A program made the translations under genes and the position numbers. A DNA stretch of 64,000 nucleotides from an uncultured virus (IMG/VR IMGVR_UViG_2855689977_000003). Its lineage: Duplodnaviria > Heunggongvirae > Uroviricota > Caudoviricetes. How positions within the stretch are numbered: the stretch's first letter is position 1; each line of letters begins with the position of its first letter. Under the pieces are notes generated by a model. That model saw nothing but the letters and a program-made list of their open reading frames with translations, did not search any database and was not told the DNA's origin. Below are positions 17,909-26,262 of the stretch, one piece after another. The stretch lies in the IMG/VR virus record IMGVR_UViG_2855689977_000003; one strand, written 5' to 3'.

Positions 17909-19543
17909 ATGCCGCTGCCCGACGGAGGGTCCGTTCCCTGGCCGCCGCCGCACTGCGAGCCCATCAACCAGCAGTACGCCACCTGGGCCGCATGGTGGAC
18001 CGGTGACGTCGACCAGCTTGCCGCCATCTACGGCAGTGACGGCGGTGGCCGCGACACGTACGGCTTCTTCGCCAGCGAGGGCGGCGGATTCAAGGCCACC
18101 GCCAAGCGGGCCATGCAGGCGATCCGTCGCTGGTTTTGGGGCGAGCGGCAGAACGCGTCACAGCCGCGGTCCCGACTGCACGTGCCCCTTGCCGGCGACA
18201 TCGCCACCGCCAGCGCCGACCTGCTCTTCTCCGAACCGCCGACCATCACCGTCGACAAAGACCCGGTCGACGAGCCGGGCGAGGAGCAGACCGACGAGGT
18301 CACCCAGGCCCGCCTCGACCTGCTCTGGGGTGACAGCACCCACGCCGCCCTCCTGGAGGCAGCTGAGGTGTGCGCGGCGCTCGGTGGCGTCTACCTGCGC
18401 ATCGTGTGGGGCTCCGACCGGGCGTACCCGTGGATCACCGCCGTGCACCCCGATGTCGCGGTCCCCGAGTGGCAGTGGGGCCGGCTGGCGGCGGTGACGT
18501 TCTGGCGTGAGCTCGGCCGCCGTGGCAAGACCGTGTGGCGGCATCTGGAGCGCCACGAGCCCGGCAAGATCCTTCACGGGCTGTACGAGGGCACCGTTGA
18601 CGAGATCGGCCGGGTCGTCCCGCTCACCGACCACCCGGCCACCAAGCACCTCGCCGACGACCGACTCGTCAATGGCAACGAGATCCACACCGGTACCAAC
18701 CGGCTCACCGCCAGCTACATCCCTAACGTCAGGCCGAACCGGGTGTGGCGAAACGTGCCCGATGCCGCCTACCTCGGCCGCCCCGACATCGCCGGCACCG
18801 AACCGCTCTTGGACGCCCTCGACCTGACCTGGTCGTCCTGGGTGCGGGACGTCGATCTGGGCAAGGCGCGGCTGATCGTGCCGCAGGAATACCTCCAGTC
18901 CAACGGGCCCGGCCAGGGCGCCAGCGTGGACCTCGACCGCGAGGTGTACGAGGGCGTCAACATCATGGGCTCGGAGCGCGGCGACAAGGTCCAGATGGAG
19001 CAGGTCCAGTTCAAAATCCGCGTCGACGAGCACCGCTCCACTGCCGACGCGTTGAAGGCGACCATCGTCGGCGCCGCCGGCTACAGCGTCTCCACCTTCG
19101 GCATGGAGGGCGACGGCCAGGCCGTCACCGCCACGGAGATCGCCGCCCGCGACCGCCGCTCGCTGATCACCCGCGACCGGAAGGTCCGCTACTGGCGGTC
19201 CGAGCTGGCCGACCTGCTCGAAACGTGGACGTACGTCGACGCCGTCCAGTACAAGTCCGGCATCAAGCCGCAACGGCCCGTCATCGAGTGGGCCGCGGCC
19301 GTCTCCGTCGACCCAGAGGCGCTCGCCCGGGAGCTGCGGGAGCTACACATCGCCGAGGCCATCTCAATCGAGCAAAAGGTCCGCCGGCAGCACCCAGACT
19401 GGGACAACGACCAGGTCGCCGACGAGGTCACCCGGATCCGGGAGGACTACGGCCACGTCGTGGAGGACCCGGGCACCTTCACCGGCGTCGGCGGCGGGCC
19501 TGGCAACCCCGGCGACCCGGGGCAGCCGCCGTCCGGAGGGTGA
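17909..19543 (+). CDS. Portal protein
   Basis: Position, size (544 aa), 'ADLLFSEPP' and 'TATEI' motifs. Confidence 0.88.
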   Translation: MPLPDGGSVPWPPPHCEPINQQYATWAAWWTGDVDQLAAIYGSDGGGRDTYGFFASEGGGFKATAKRAMQAIRRWFWGERQNASQPRSRLHVPLAGDIATASADLLFSEPPTITVDKDPVDEPGEEQTDEVTQARLDLLWGDSTHAALLEAAEVCAALGGVYLRIVWGSDRAYPWITAVHPDVAVPEWQWGRLAAVTFWRELGRRGKTVWRHLERHEPGKILHGLYEGTVDEIGRVVPLTDHPATKHLADDRLVNGNEIHTGTNRLTASYIPNVRPNRVWRNVPDAAYLGRPDIAGTEPLLDALDLTWSSWVRDVDLGKARLIVPQEYLQSNGPGQGASVDLDREVYEGVNIMGSERGDKVQMEQVQFKIRVDEHRSTADALKATIVGAAGYSVSTFGMEGDGQAVTATEIAARDRRSLITRDRKVRYWRSELADLLETWTYVDAVQYKSGIKPQRPVIEWAAAVSVDPEALARELRELHIAEAISIEQKVRRQHPDWDNDQVADEVTRIREDYGHVVEDPGTFTGVGGGPGNPGDPGQPPSGG

Positions 19544-19549
19544 CCGGAG

Positions 19550-20674
19550 ATGCCCGTCAGCCGCCCGCTCGCCGAAGACCTGGCCCGCGTCCTCGTCGAG
19601 CTGTACACCGCGGCGGAGACCCGCCTCGCCGCCGGCATCGCCCGGATGCTCGCCGACGACATGGATGCCCCGGACTGGGCCCTGCAGAAGCTGACCGCGA
19701 TCGGCGGGGTGCGGGAGCTGGCCGAGCGGATCGTCCGCCGCCTCGACACCCAGTCGGCCGCCGAGGTCGAGCAGATGCTCATCCTCGCGCACGCGCGCGG
19801 CGGCCAGGCCGCCCTCGACGAGCTCGGCCGCCTCGGCAGCGCCGTGCCGTCGCAGGTGTCCGCGATCCGCAAGGCGCTGCCCGGGTCGGAGGCCATCCAG
19901 CGGCTCGTCTGGTCGCTGGTGTCCACCCTGCGCGGTACGCACCTACGGATCGTCCGCTGGTCCCTCGACACCTACCGGACCGTCGTGGCCCGGGCCAGCG
20001 CGGACACCCTGCTCGGCGTCGCCACCCGGCGGCGTACCGCCCAGGTGGCATGGGAGCAACTGCTCAGCCGCGGCATCACGGGCTTCACCGACCGAGCCGG
20101 CCGTAACTGGGAACTCGCCAGCTACGTGGAGATGGCCACCCGCACGACCGTCGCTCAGGCGGCCGTGGAGGGCCACCTTGACCGGCTCGGCGCGGCCGGC
20201 CTGGACCTGGTCATCGTGTCCAACGCGCCGCAGGAGTGCATCAAGTGCCGGCCGTGGGAGGGCAAGGTCCTCACCCGCACCGGCGTAGGCGGCAGCCGGG
20301 AGCTGGAGCTGGAGCACACGACCCGACCGGGGCAGATGGTCACGGTCGATGTGGCCGGGTCGGTCGCCGAGGCGGTCCTCGCCGGGCTGATGCACCCCAA
20401 CTGCCGGCACTCGCTCTCCGCGTACCTGCCCGGGGTCACCCGCGCGCCGACCAACACCGAGGACCCGGAGGGCGACCGCAACCGCCAGCAGCTCCGCTAC
20501 CTGGAGCGGCAGGTCCGCTCCTGGAAGCTGCGCCAGGCCGCCGCCATCGACCCGGCCGCGGCCAAGGCCGCCGCCGCGAAGGTCCGCGACTACCAGGCCC
20601 GGATCCGCGAGCACATCGCCGCGACCGGGCTGCACCGGCAGCCTGCCCGCGAGCAGATCGGCACCGCCCGCTGA
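19550..20674 (+). CDS. Minor capsid / head morphogenesis protein
   Basis: 'SYVEMATRT', 'CRPWEGKV' and 'GLMHPNCRH' motifs. Confidence 0.88.
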   Translation: MPVSRPLAEDLARVLVELYTAAETRLAAGIARMLADDMDAPDWALQKLTAIGGVRELAERIVRRLDTQSAAEVEQMLILAHARGGQAALDELGRLGSAVPSQVSAIRKALPGSEAIQRLVWSLVSTLRGTHLRIVRWSLDTYRTVVARASADTLLGVATRRRTAQVAWEQLLSRGITGFTDRAGRNWELASYVEMATRTTVAQAAVEGHLDRLGAAGLDLVIVSNAPQECIKCRPWEGKVLTRTGVGGSRELELEHTTRPGQMVTVDVAGSVAEAVLAGLMHPNCRHSLSAYLPGVTRAPTNTEDPEGDRNRQQLRYLERQVRSWKLRQAAAIDPAAAKAAAAKVRDYQARIREHIAATGLHRQPAREQIGTAR

Positions 20675-20734
20675 AGACGTCCCCGCACCTGCGGGGCAGC
20701 ACCACCCATCCAACCAACGAACCAGGAGGGGTCC

Positions 20735-21538
20735 GTGACCCAGCCCGCCCAGCAGCCGCCCGCCGGGCCGCCGCAGCAGCCGACCACCCCACCCACGGGG
20801 CAGGCCGGCCAGCAGCCGCCGCCCGCCGCGCCGCCCGCTCCGCCGGCACCCACCGCGCCGCCGCAGCCGGCCCCGGCACCTCAGCCGGCCGCACCGGCGT
20901 ACCCGTACGGCACCCAGCCGCCGACCCCGCCCCAGCAGCCGCCCACACCTCCGGTGTGGCCGCAGCCGCCGGCGCCGGGCCAGCCGCCCACCTCGCCGTA
21001 CCCCCAGCACTACCCGACACCGCCGGCTGGCCAGCAGCCCCACCCGCCCGCACCGCAGCCGCCCATCCCCGGCGACGACGGCCAAGGCGGATACGACCTC
21101 TCCCGCCTACCCAAGGGCGCGCGGGACGAGATCGAGCGGCTCCGCGGCCAGGTCTCGCAGCGCGACACCCAGCTGCGCACCACGACGGTGTCCCAGCAGG
21201 CCTGGCAGGTCGCCCCCCAGATGGGCGTCAACGCCCAGGCCCTGCTCGGCTCGACGGCCTGGCAGCAGGCCGCCGCGCAGCTGGACCCGGCCGCCCCGGA
21301 CTACACGCAGCGCCTGGCCTGGACCATCCAGGGCATCGCCGCGCAGAACCCGTGGATGGCACAGCCGGCGACACCGCCCACCCCGCCGCAGCCCCCGACA
21401 CCGCCGCCGACCAGCGGTGGCGAGTTCCCCGGCGGCCAGCCCGGCAACACGCCCATCACCGAAGCGCAGCTCGCGCAGATGACGCCCGAGCAGATCGCCC
21501 AGGCGATGAGCGAGGGCAAGCTCAAGCACCTCCTCTGA
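20735..21538 (+). CDS. Scaffolding protein, Pro/Gln-rich
   Basis: Directly upstream of the capsid gene; C-terminal 'ITEAQLAQMTPEQI..GKL'. Confidence 0.75.
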   Translation: MTQPAQQPPAGPPQQPTTPPTGQAGQQPPPAAPPAPPAPTAPPQPAPAPQPAAPAYPYGTQPPTPPQQPPTPPVWPQPPAPGQPPTSPYPQHYPTPPAGQQPHPPAPQPPIPGDDGQGGYDLSRLPKGARDEIERLRGQVSQRDTQLRTTTVSQQAWQVAPQMGVNAQALLGSTAWQQAAAQLDPAAPDYTQRLAWTIQGIAAQNPWMAQPATPPTPPQPPTPPPTSGGEFPGGQPGNTPITEAQLAQMTPEQIAQAMSEGKLKHLL

Positions 21539-21575
21539 CCCGCGCCGGATCCCGGCCGGAAAGGACACGCACACC

Positions 21576-22436
21576 ATGGCAATCACTCGTTTCCGGCCGG
21601 AAATCTGGTCGGCGATGCTCCTGGTCGCCCTCCGCAAGGCCCTCGTCTACGCGGGTCCGACCGTGGTCAACCGCGACTACGAGGGCGAGATCGTGGAGGC
21701 CGGCGACACCGTGCGCATCACCTCGGTGTCCCGGCCGAGCGTGGGCAACTACGTGCCCAACCAGACCAACATCGTCCCGGAGGAGCTGACCGACGCCCAG
21801 CGGACCATGGTCGTCGACCAGTCGAAGTACTTCGCCTTCAAGGTGGACGACGTCGACAAGCGGCAGGCCAAGGGCGACGTCATGCCGCAGGCGATGAACG
21901 AGGCCGCGTACGCGGTCGCCGACGTCATCGACCAGTACGTGGCGAACTTCTACACCAACACCGCGGCGGCCAACGTCATCGGCAGCACGGGCGCGCCGAT
22001 CAACACCTTCACCGCCCCGACCGACGCGTACGACAAGATCCTCGTGCCGCTGCGCACCCGGCTGACCAAGGCCAACGTGCCGACCGCCGGCCGGTTCGTG
22101 GTCGTGTCCCCGGAGCTGCACGCGTCGCTGCTGCTCGACGGCCGGTTCATCAAGGCCAGCGAGTCCGCGGACCCGGGCGCGCTGCGCAACGGCCAGGTCG
22201 GCCGGGCCGCCGGCTTCGACATCCTGGAGTCCAACAACGTCCCGGTGCCGTCCGGCGACACCCAGGCGATCATCGCCGGCACGAACATGGCGATCAGCTT
22301 CGCCGAGCAGATCTCCAAGACCGAGGCATACCGGCCCGAGTCCAGCTTCAGCGACGCCATCAAGGGCCTGACCCTCTACGGCGCGAAGCTCGTCCGCCCG
22401 GAGTGCCTGGCCGTCGCCTACATCGACCCGGCCTGA
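21576..22436 (+). CDS. Major capsid protein
   Basis: 'FRPEIWSA..VNRDYEGEI..GDTVRI..LYGAKLVRPE'. Confidence 0.92.
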   Translation: MAITRFRPEIWSAMLLVALRKALVYAGPTVVNRDYEGEIVEAGDTVRITSVSRPSVGNYVPNQTNIVPEELTDAQRTMVVDQSKYFAFKVDDVDKRQAKGDVMPQAMNEAAYAVADVIDQYVANFYTNTAAANVIGSTGAPINTFTAPTDAYDKILVPLRTRLTKANVPTAGRFVVVSPELHASLLLDGRFIKASESADPGALRNGQVGRAAGFDILESNNVPVPSGDTQAIIAGTNMAISFAEQISKTEAYRPESSFSDAIKGLTLYGAKLVRPECLAVAYIDPA

Positions 22437-22492
22437 CCGGTCCCCGGCCAGCCAACCACCTGACCAGCAGGACCTGACAGGAAGGACGCCTC

Positions 22493-22870
22493 ATGGCGCG
22501 CACAGCGGTTGCGTACAGCAACCTCGTACCGAACGGGAGCCTCGCGGACACCGCAGCGACGGCGGTCCCGACCAACGCCGGCGCCGGCAACGGTCACAGC
22601 ATCGCGAAGGCCGAACCGGAGGAGACCGTCCTCCGCATCGTCGCCGGCGCGACCGGCGGCAACGTCACGATCAAGGCGGGCCCGAACCCGCCGGCCGCCG
22701 CAGGCAGCCTCGGCGACCTGGTCGTCCCCGTGGCCAACGGCGCCACCCAGTGGATCGGCCCGCTCGAGTCCGGGCGGTTCATCCAGTCCGACGGGTCCAT
22801 GCTCGTCGACATCGCGGCCGGCTTCGTCGCCGGCTCCATCACCGCGTTCCGCGTGCCTCGGACCGCCTGA
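22493..22870 (+). CDS. Probable capsid decoration/structural protein
   Basis: Small beta-rich ORF after the capsid gene. Confidence 0.6.
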   Translation: MARTAVAYSNLVPNGSLADTAATAVPTNAGAGNGHSIAKAEPEETVLRIVAGATGGNVTIKAGPNPPAAAGSLGDLVVPVANGATQWIGPLESGRFIQSDGSMLVDIAAGFVAGSITAFRVPRTA

Positions 22871-23190
22871 TGGAGCGGGAGCACATCTTCGTGCAGGGAG
22901 GAGGCGGGTCCGTCGTCATCAAGATGGACCTGCCGCTGCACGACGACATCGCCGAGCAGCTCACCAAGGGCTACCTGCGCCGGGTCAACGAGGACGGGTC
23001 GCCGTACGTCGAGCCGGTGGAGGGCGATGGGCCGCCGCCGGAGCCGAAGCCGCCAGCGAAGTCGGCGTCCAAGGCCGAGTGGGTCGGCTGGGCGGTCAAC
23101 CACCCGGACGAGTCGCGGCGGATGACCCCGGACGACGCCGAGGCGCTGACCAAGGACGACCTGATCGAACGTTTCGGCAAGTCCGAGTGA
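22870..23190 (+). CDS. Hypothetical structural-region protein
   Basis: 'PAKSASKAEWVGWAV..AEALTKDDLIE'. Confidence 0.65.
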   Translation: MEREHIFVQGGGGSVVIKMDLPLHDDIAEQLTKGYLRRVNEDGSPYVEPVEGDGPPPEPKPPAKSASKAEWVGWAVNHPDESRRMTPDDAEALTKDDLIERFGKSE

Positions 23191-23247
23191 GTCGTGGGGG
23201 TGGCCGGATCAGGGCCGGCCACCCCCGCCCAACCCGGGGAGGAACCG

Positions 23248-23616
23248 GTGGCGTACGCGACCGTCGTCCAGCTCAACGAGAAGCTTGGCCGCACGCCCGT
23301 CAACGCGCAGCAGCTGCTCGACCGCGCGTCCCGTGACGTGGACCGGGCGCTGCTGTGCACGGTCTACGACCCGGAGGCTCCCGACGTCGTGACCGCGCTG
23401 CGGGAGGCGACGCTGGAGCAGGTCGCCGCGAACCTCGACCAGGGCGACATCACCGGTAGCGGCGGCACCCGGCGGGGCGGCTTCAGCATCGGCCGGTTGG
23501 CCGTCCAGGCGTCCGCCAAGGATGACAAGCCGGTGAAGATCGGCTCCCTGTGGGAGCAGGCCTGGGACATCCTCCAGTCCGCTGGCCTGACCGGCCACGG
23601 CCCGCAGAGCAGGTGA
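23248..23616 (+). CDS. Head-tail adaptor
   Basis: 'MAYATVVQL..LLDRASRDVD'; position. Confidence 0.7.
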   Translation: MAYATVVQLNEKLGRTPVNAQQLLDRASRDVDRALLCTVYDPEAPDVVTALREATLEQVAANLDQGDITGSGGTRRGGFSIGRLAVQASAKDDKPVKIGSLWEQAWDILQSAGLTGHGPQSR

Positions 23617-23619
23617 GCC

Positions 23620-23967
23620 GTGAACTGGGCCGAGTTCGTGGAGCTGTACATCCCAGAGCCGAAGACCATCCAGGTGGAGGCACTCACCGGCTCCGGCGGA
23701 TACGGCGACGTGTACGCCGCCCCCGTCGACGTGGGCCCGTGCGTCGTCGACGACACCACCCGCCGCGTCGTGGCCCAAACCCAGGACGCCGAGGGCGGCG
23801 AGGTCGTCTCCGGCACGACAGTGGCCGCGCCGCCAGACACTGTCGCCCCGCCAGGCTCCCGGGTCACGCTGCCCTGGAGCGACCGGGTCACCCGCGTGCT
23901 GGCCACCTCGTACCTAGACGATCACGGGCTCGGCCTCCCCGAGCACCTGGAGCTCTCCCTGGAGTAG
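23620..23967 (+). CDS. Head-tail stopper
   Basis: Position and size. Confidence 0.6.
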   Translation: MNWAEFVELYIPEPKTIQVEALTGSGGYGDVYAAPVDVGPCVVDDTTRRVVAQTQDAEGGEVVSGTTVAAPPDTVAPPGSRVTLPWSDRVTRVLATSYLDDHGLGLPEHLELSLE

Positions 23968-23970
23968 CCC

Positions 23971-24324
23971 ATGGCCGACGACGTCGATGTGGAATGGAAC
24001 GGCCCGGAGATCATCGCCATCATCGAGGGCGCAGAACCTGACGGCCTGCTCCTCGCCGCCGAGCACCTCCTCACGGTTTCCCGCACCGAGGTGCCCATCG
24101 AGGAGGCCACCCTGGAGCGCTCCGGCGTCGCCTCCGTCGACGAGAGCGCCCTGACCGCCGCCGTCTCCTACGACACCGAGTACGCGGTCAGGCAGCACGA
24201 GGAGATGACCTGGCGGCACGACGAGGGCCGCAAAGCGAAGTACCTCGAAGACCCCATGCACAACGAGCGAGACACGATGCTGGAGCTGGCCGCCGCGCCC
24301 ATCCAGCAGGCGCTGGGAGGCTGA
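23971..24324 (+). CDS. Neck/tail-completion protein (HK97 gp10-like)
   Basis: 'VPIEEATLERSG..YDTEYAVRQHE..KAKYLE'. Confidence 0.75.
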   Translation: MADDVDVEWNGPEIIAIIEGAEPDGLLLAAEHLLTVSRTEVPIEEATLERSGVASVDESALTAAVSYDTEYAVRQHEEMTWRHDEGRKAKYLEDPMHNERDTMLELAAAPIQQALGG

Positions 24325-24325
24325 C

Positions 24326-24772
24326 GTGGCCACAGGTGACGGCTGGACCTCCCGACTCCTGACCGGCCTCGCCGAGCACATCGCCGCCGCCGGCATCGCC
24401 GCGTGGCGGCCGACCGGCAGCTACCAGGCCACCGAGGTCGGCATCATCATCCGGGGCATCCCGCCCAACCCCGACCGGCTCATCACCCTCGCCCCGTACC
24501 CCGTGGCCAGCACTCCGGGCGAGGCCGATGTGACCCAAGGGGTGCAGATCCGCCTGCGCGGCACCCAGGACCCGCGCGTCGTTGAAGACCTGGGCGACGG
24601 CCTCTTCGACCTGCTCGACTCCGCCACCGGGCTTACCTGGTCTGGCATCCCCATCGTCCAGGTCTACCGGCAGTCGTACGCCGCCCTCGGCGCCGACAGC
24701 AACGGCCGGTGGGAGGCGTCGCACAACTACTACTTCGAGGCCATGAGGCCAACCCAGCACCGCACGATCTGA
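24326..24772 (+). CDS. Tail terminator
   Basis: 'VQIRLRG..LGADSNGRWE..NY'; position. Confidence 0.65.
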   Translation: MATGDGWTSRLLTGLAEHIAAAGIAAWRPTGSYQATEVGIIIRGIPPNPDRLITLAPYPVASTPGEADVTQGVQIRLRGTQDPRVVEDLGDGLFDLLDSATGLTWSGIPIVQVYRQSYAALGADSNGRWEASHNYYFEAMRPTQHRTI

Positions 24773-24788
24773 CGTCCTGGAGGACACC

Positions 24789-25526
24789 ATGACGAGCCCC
24801 GTTCAGACCGTCACCGCCCTCGCGCGCCGATTCGCCGTCGAGGTCGACGTCAACCCCAGCGGCGTCGCCGACTGGCAGCCCCTCATCGGCATCGAAGACC
24901 TCAAGCCGAACCGCACGCAGCGGAAGGTGGCCGACGAGTCGTACGACGACGCCGGCGCCGAGCGGTCCGCCATCACCGGCTCCAGCTGGACCCTCGACAT
25001 CAAGCTCATCCACCGCACCGGCATCGACGGCGTGACCTTCAACGCCGTCCAGGAACACCTCCGGGTGAAGGGCGAGGCGAACGACGCGCTGACCGGCGAG
25101 GCGCACGTCCGATGGTTCGACCGCAGCGGCCAGGGCGAGGCGTGGGAGGGCCGCTGCCTGGTCGACTGGGTCCCGGACGGCGGCAACGGCGGAGCCCGCG
25201 ACATGATCTCCGTCAAGCTGAACGGGCAGGGCGCCCGCGTTGCGATCGTCAACCCCAACGCCAGCCCGCTGCCCGTGGTCGCGGCGCTCGCCCCGACCAC
25301 CGGCCCGGCCGCCGGCGGGACGCTCGTGGAGATTCGGGGCCGGAAGCTGACCGGCGCCACTGCGGTGACGTTCGGCGGCACCCCCGCGACCTCGTTCCGG
25401 CCCGTCTCCGACACCCTCATCGTCGCCGTCGCCCCGGCCAAGGCCGCGTCCACGGTCGACGTGGTCGTCACCACTCCCGGCGGCACCAGCGCCAACACCG
25501 CCGCCGACAACTACATCTACGTCTGA
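24789..25526 (+). CDS. Major tail protein with C-terminal IPT/TIG (Ig-like) domain
   Basis: 'PTTGPAAGGTLVEIRG..GATAVTFGG..VDVVVTTPGGTS'. Confidence 0.85.
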   Translation: MTSPVQTVTALARRFAVEVDVNPSGVADWQPLIGIEDLKPNRTQRKVADESYDDAGAERSAITGSSWTLDIKLIHRTGIDGVTFNAVQEHLRVKGEANDALTGEAHVRWFDRSGQGEAWEGRCLVDWVPDGGNGGARDMISVKLNGQGARVAIVNPNASPLPVVAALAPTTGPAAGGTLVEIRGRKLTGATAVTFGGTPATSFRPVSDTLIVAVAPAKAASTVDVVVTTPGGTSANTAADNYIYV

Positions 25527-25531
25527 TCCGC

Positions 25532-26068
25532 ATGAAGTTCGACGACATCACGCAGTACTTCGACCCGGGCTTGGAGCTGACGGTCAAGGGCAAGGAGTAC
25601 CGCGTCCCGCTGCCCTCGGCGGAGCTCGGGTTGTGGTGCCGCACCATGATGGCCGCCAGCGAGCTCGACGACACCGCGACCGGCGATCAGCTCCAGGCCA
25701 CAGCCGAGCAGGTGAGCAAGCTTCCGCCGCTGCCGGGCAACCGGACGATGCCCGAGCACCTCCTCGGCCCCGTGTACCGGCAGATGATGACCGACGGGGT
25801 CGAGGACCCGTACATCGAGTTCTGCGCGATGACGGTCTTCTTCTGGATCGTTGGCGGGGAAGCCATGGCGGAGCGGTACTGGCGGTCCGGTGGCCGCCCG
25901 GAAGCGAGGGGCCCGGACAACCGGGCCTCTCGCCGGGCGAACGCCCAGAGGACCGGTACGGCCGGGGCTTCCGCGACCCCGACACCGGCATCTACGAGTG
26001 GTATGAGTTCCCCGAAGAGGTCCGGCAGGAGCGGTCGTCGTCGCGGGTCACGTGGGCGCAGATCCTGA
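25532..26068 (+). CDS. Tail assembly chaperone (G)
   Basis: Between the major tail and tape measure genes. Confidence 0.75.
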   Translation: MKFDDITQYFDPGLELTVKGKEYRVPLPSAELGLWCRTMMAASELDDTATGDQLQATAEQVSKLPPLPGNRTMPEHLLGPVYRQMMTDGVEDPYIEFCAMTVFFWIVGGEAMAERYWRSGGRPEARGPDNRASRRANAQRTGTAGASATPTPASTSGMSSPKRSGRSGRRRGSRGRRS

Positions 26069-26247
26069 CCCACTGGCTCGTCGTCGAGTGCGACCTCCAG
26101 GACCGAGGCATCGACGTCGGCGACCCGGACCTGATGCAGGCCCGGACCTGGCGGTGGCTTGAAGTCCGCATCATCGGGCTGCTCTCCGCCGACACCCGCT
26201 TGTCGAGAGCACTCAAGCCGAGACCCGACCCGGCCCAGACGTCCTGA
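25897..26247 (+). CDS. Tail assembly chaperone extension (GT), -1 frame; start approximate
   Basis: Open -1 frame '..ILTHWLVVECDLQDRGID..TWRWLEVRIIGLLS' without its own RBS. Confidence 0.65.
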   Translation, partial: PGSEGPGQPGLSPGERPEDRYGRGFRDPDTGIYEWYEFPEEVRQERSSSRVTWAQILTHWLVVECDLQDRGIDVGDPDLMQARTWRWLEVRIIGLLSADTRLSRALKPRPDPAQTS

Positions 26248-26262
26248 CGGTGGAGGTGACCT

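Noticed and set aside
20735..21070. DNA repeat array in the scaffold gene
   Set aside because: Low-complexity Pro/Gln coding sequence without a fixed unit.
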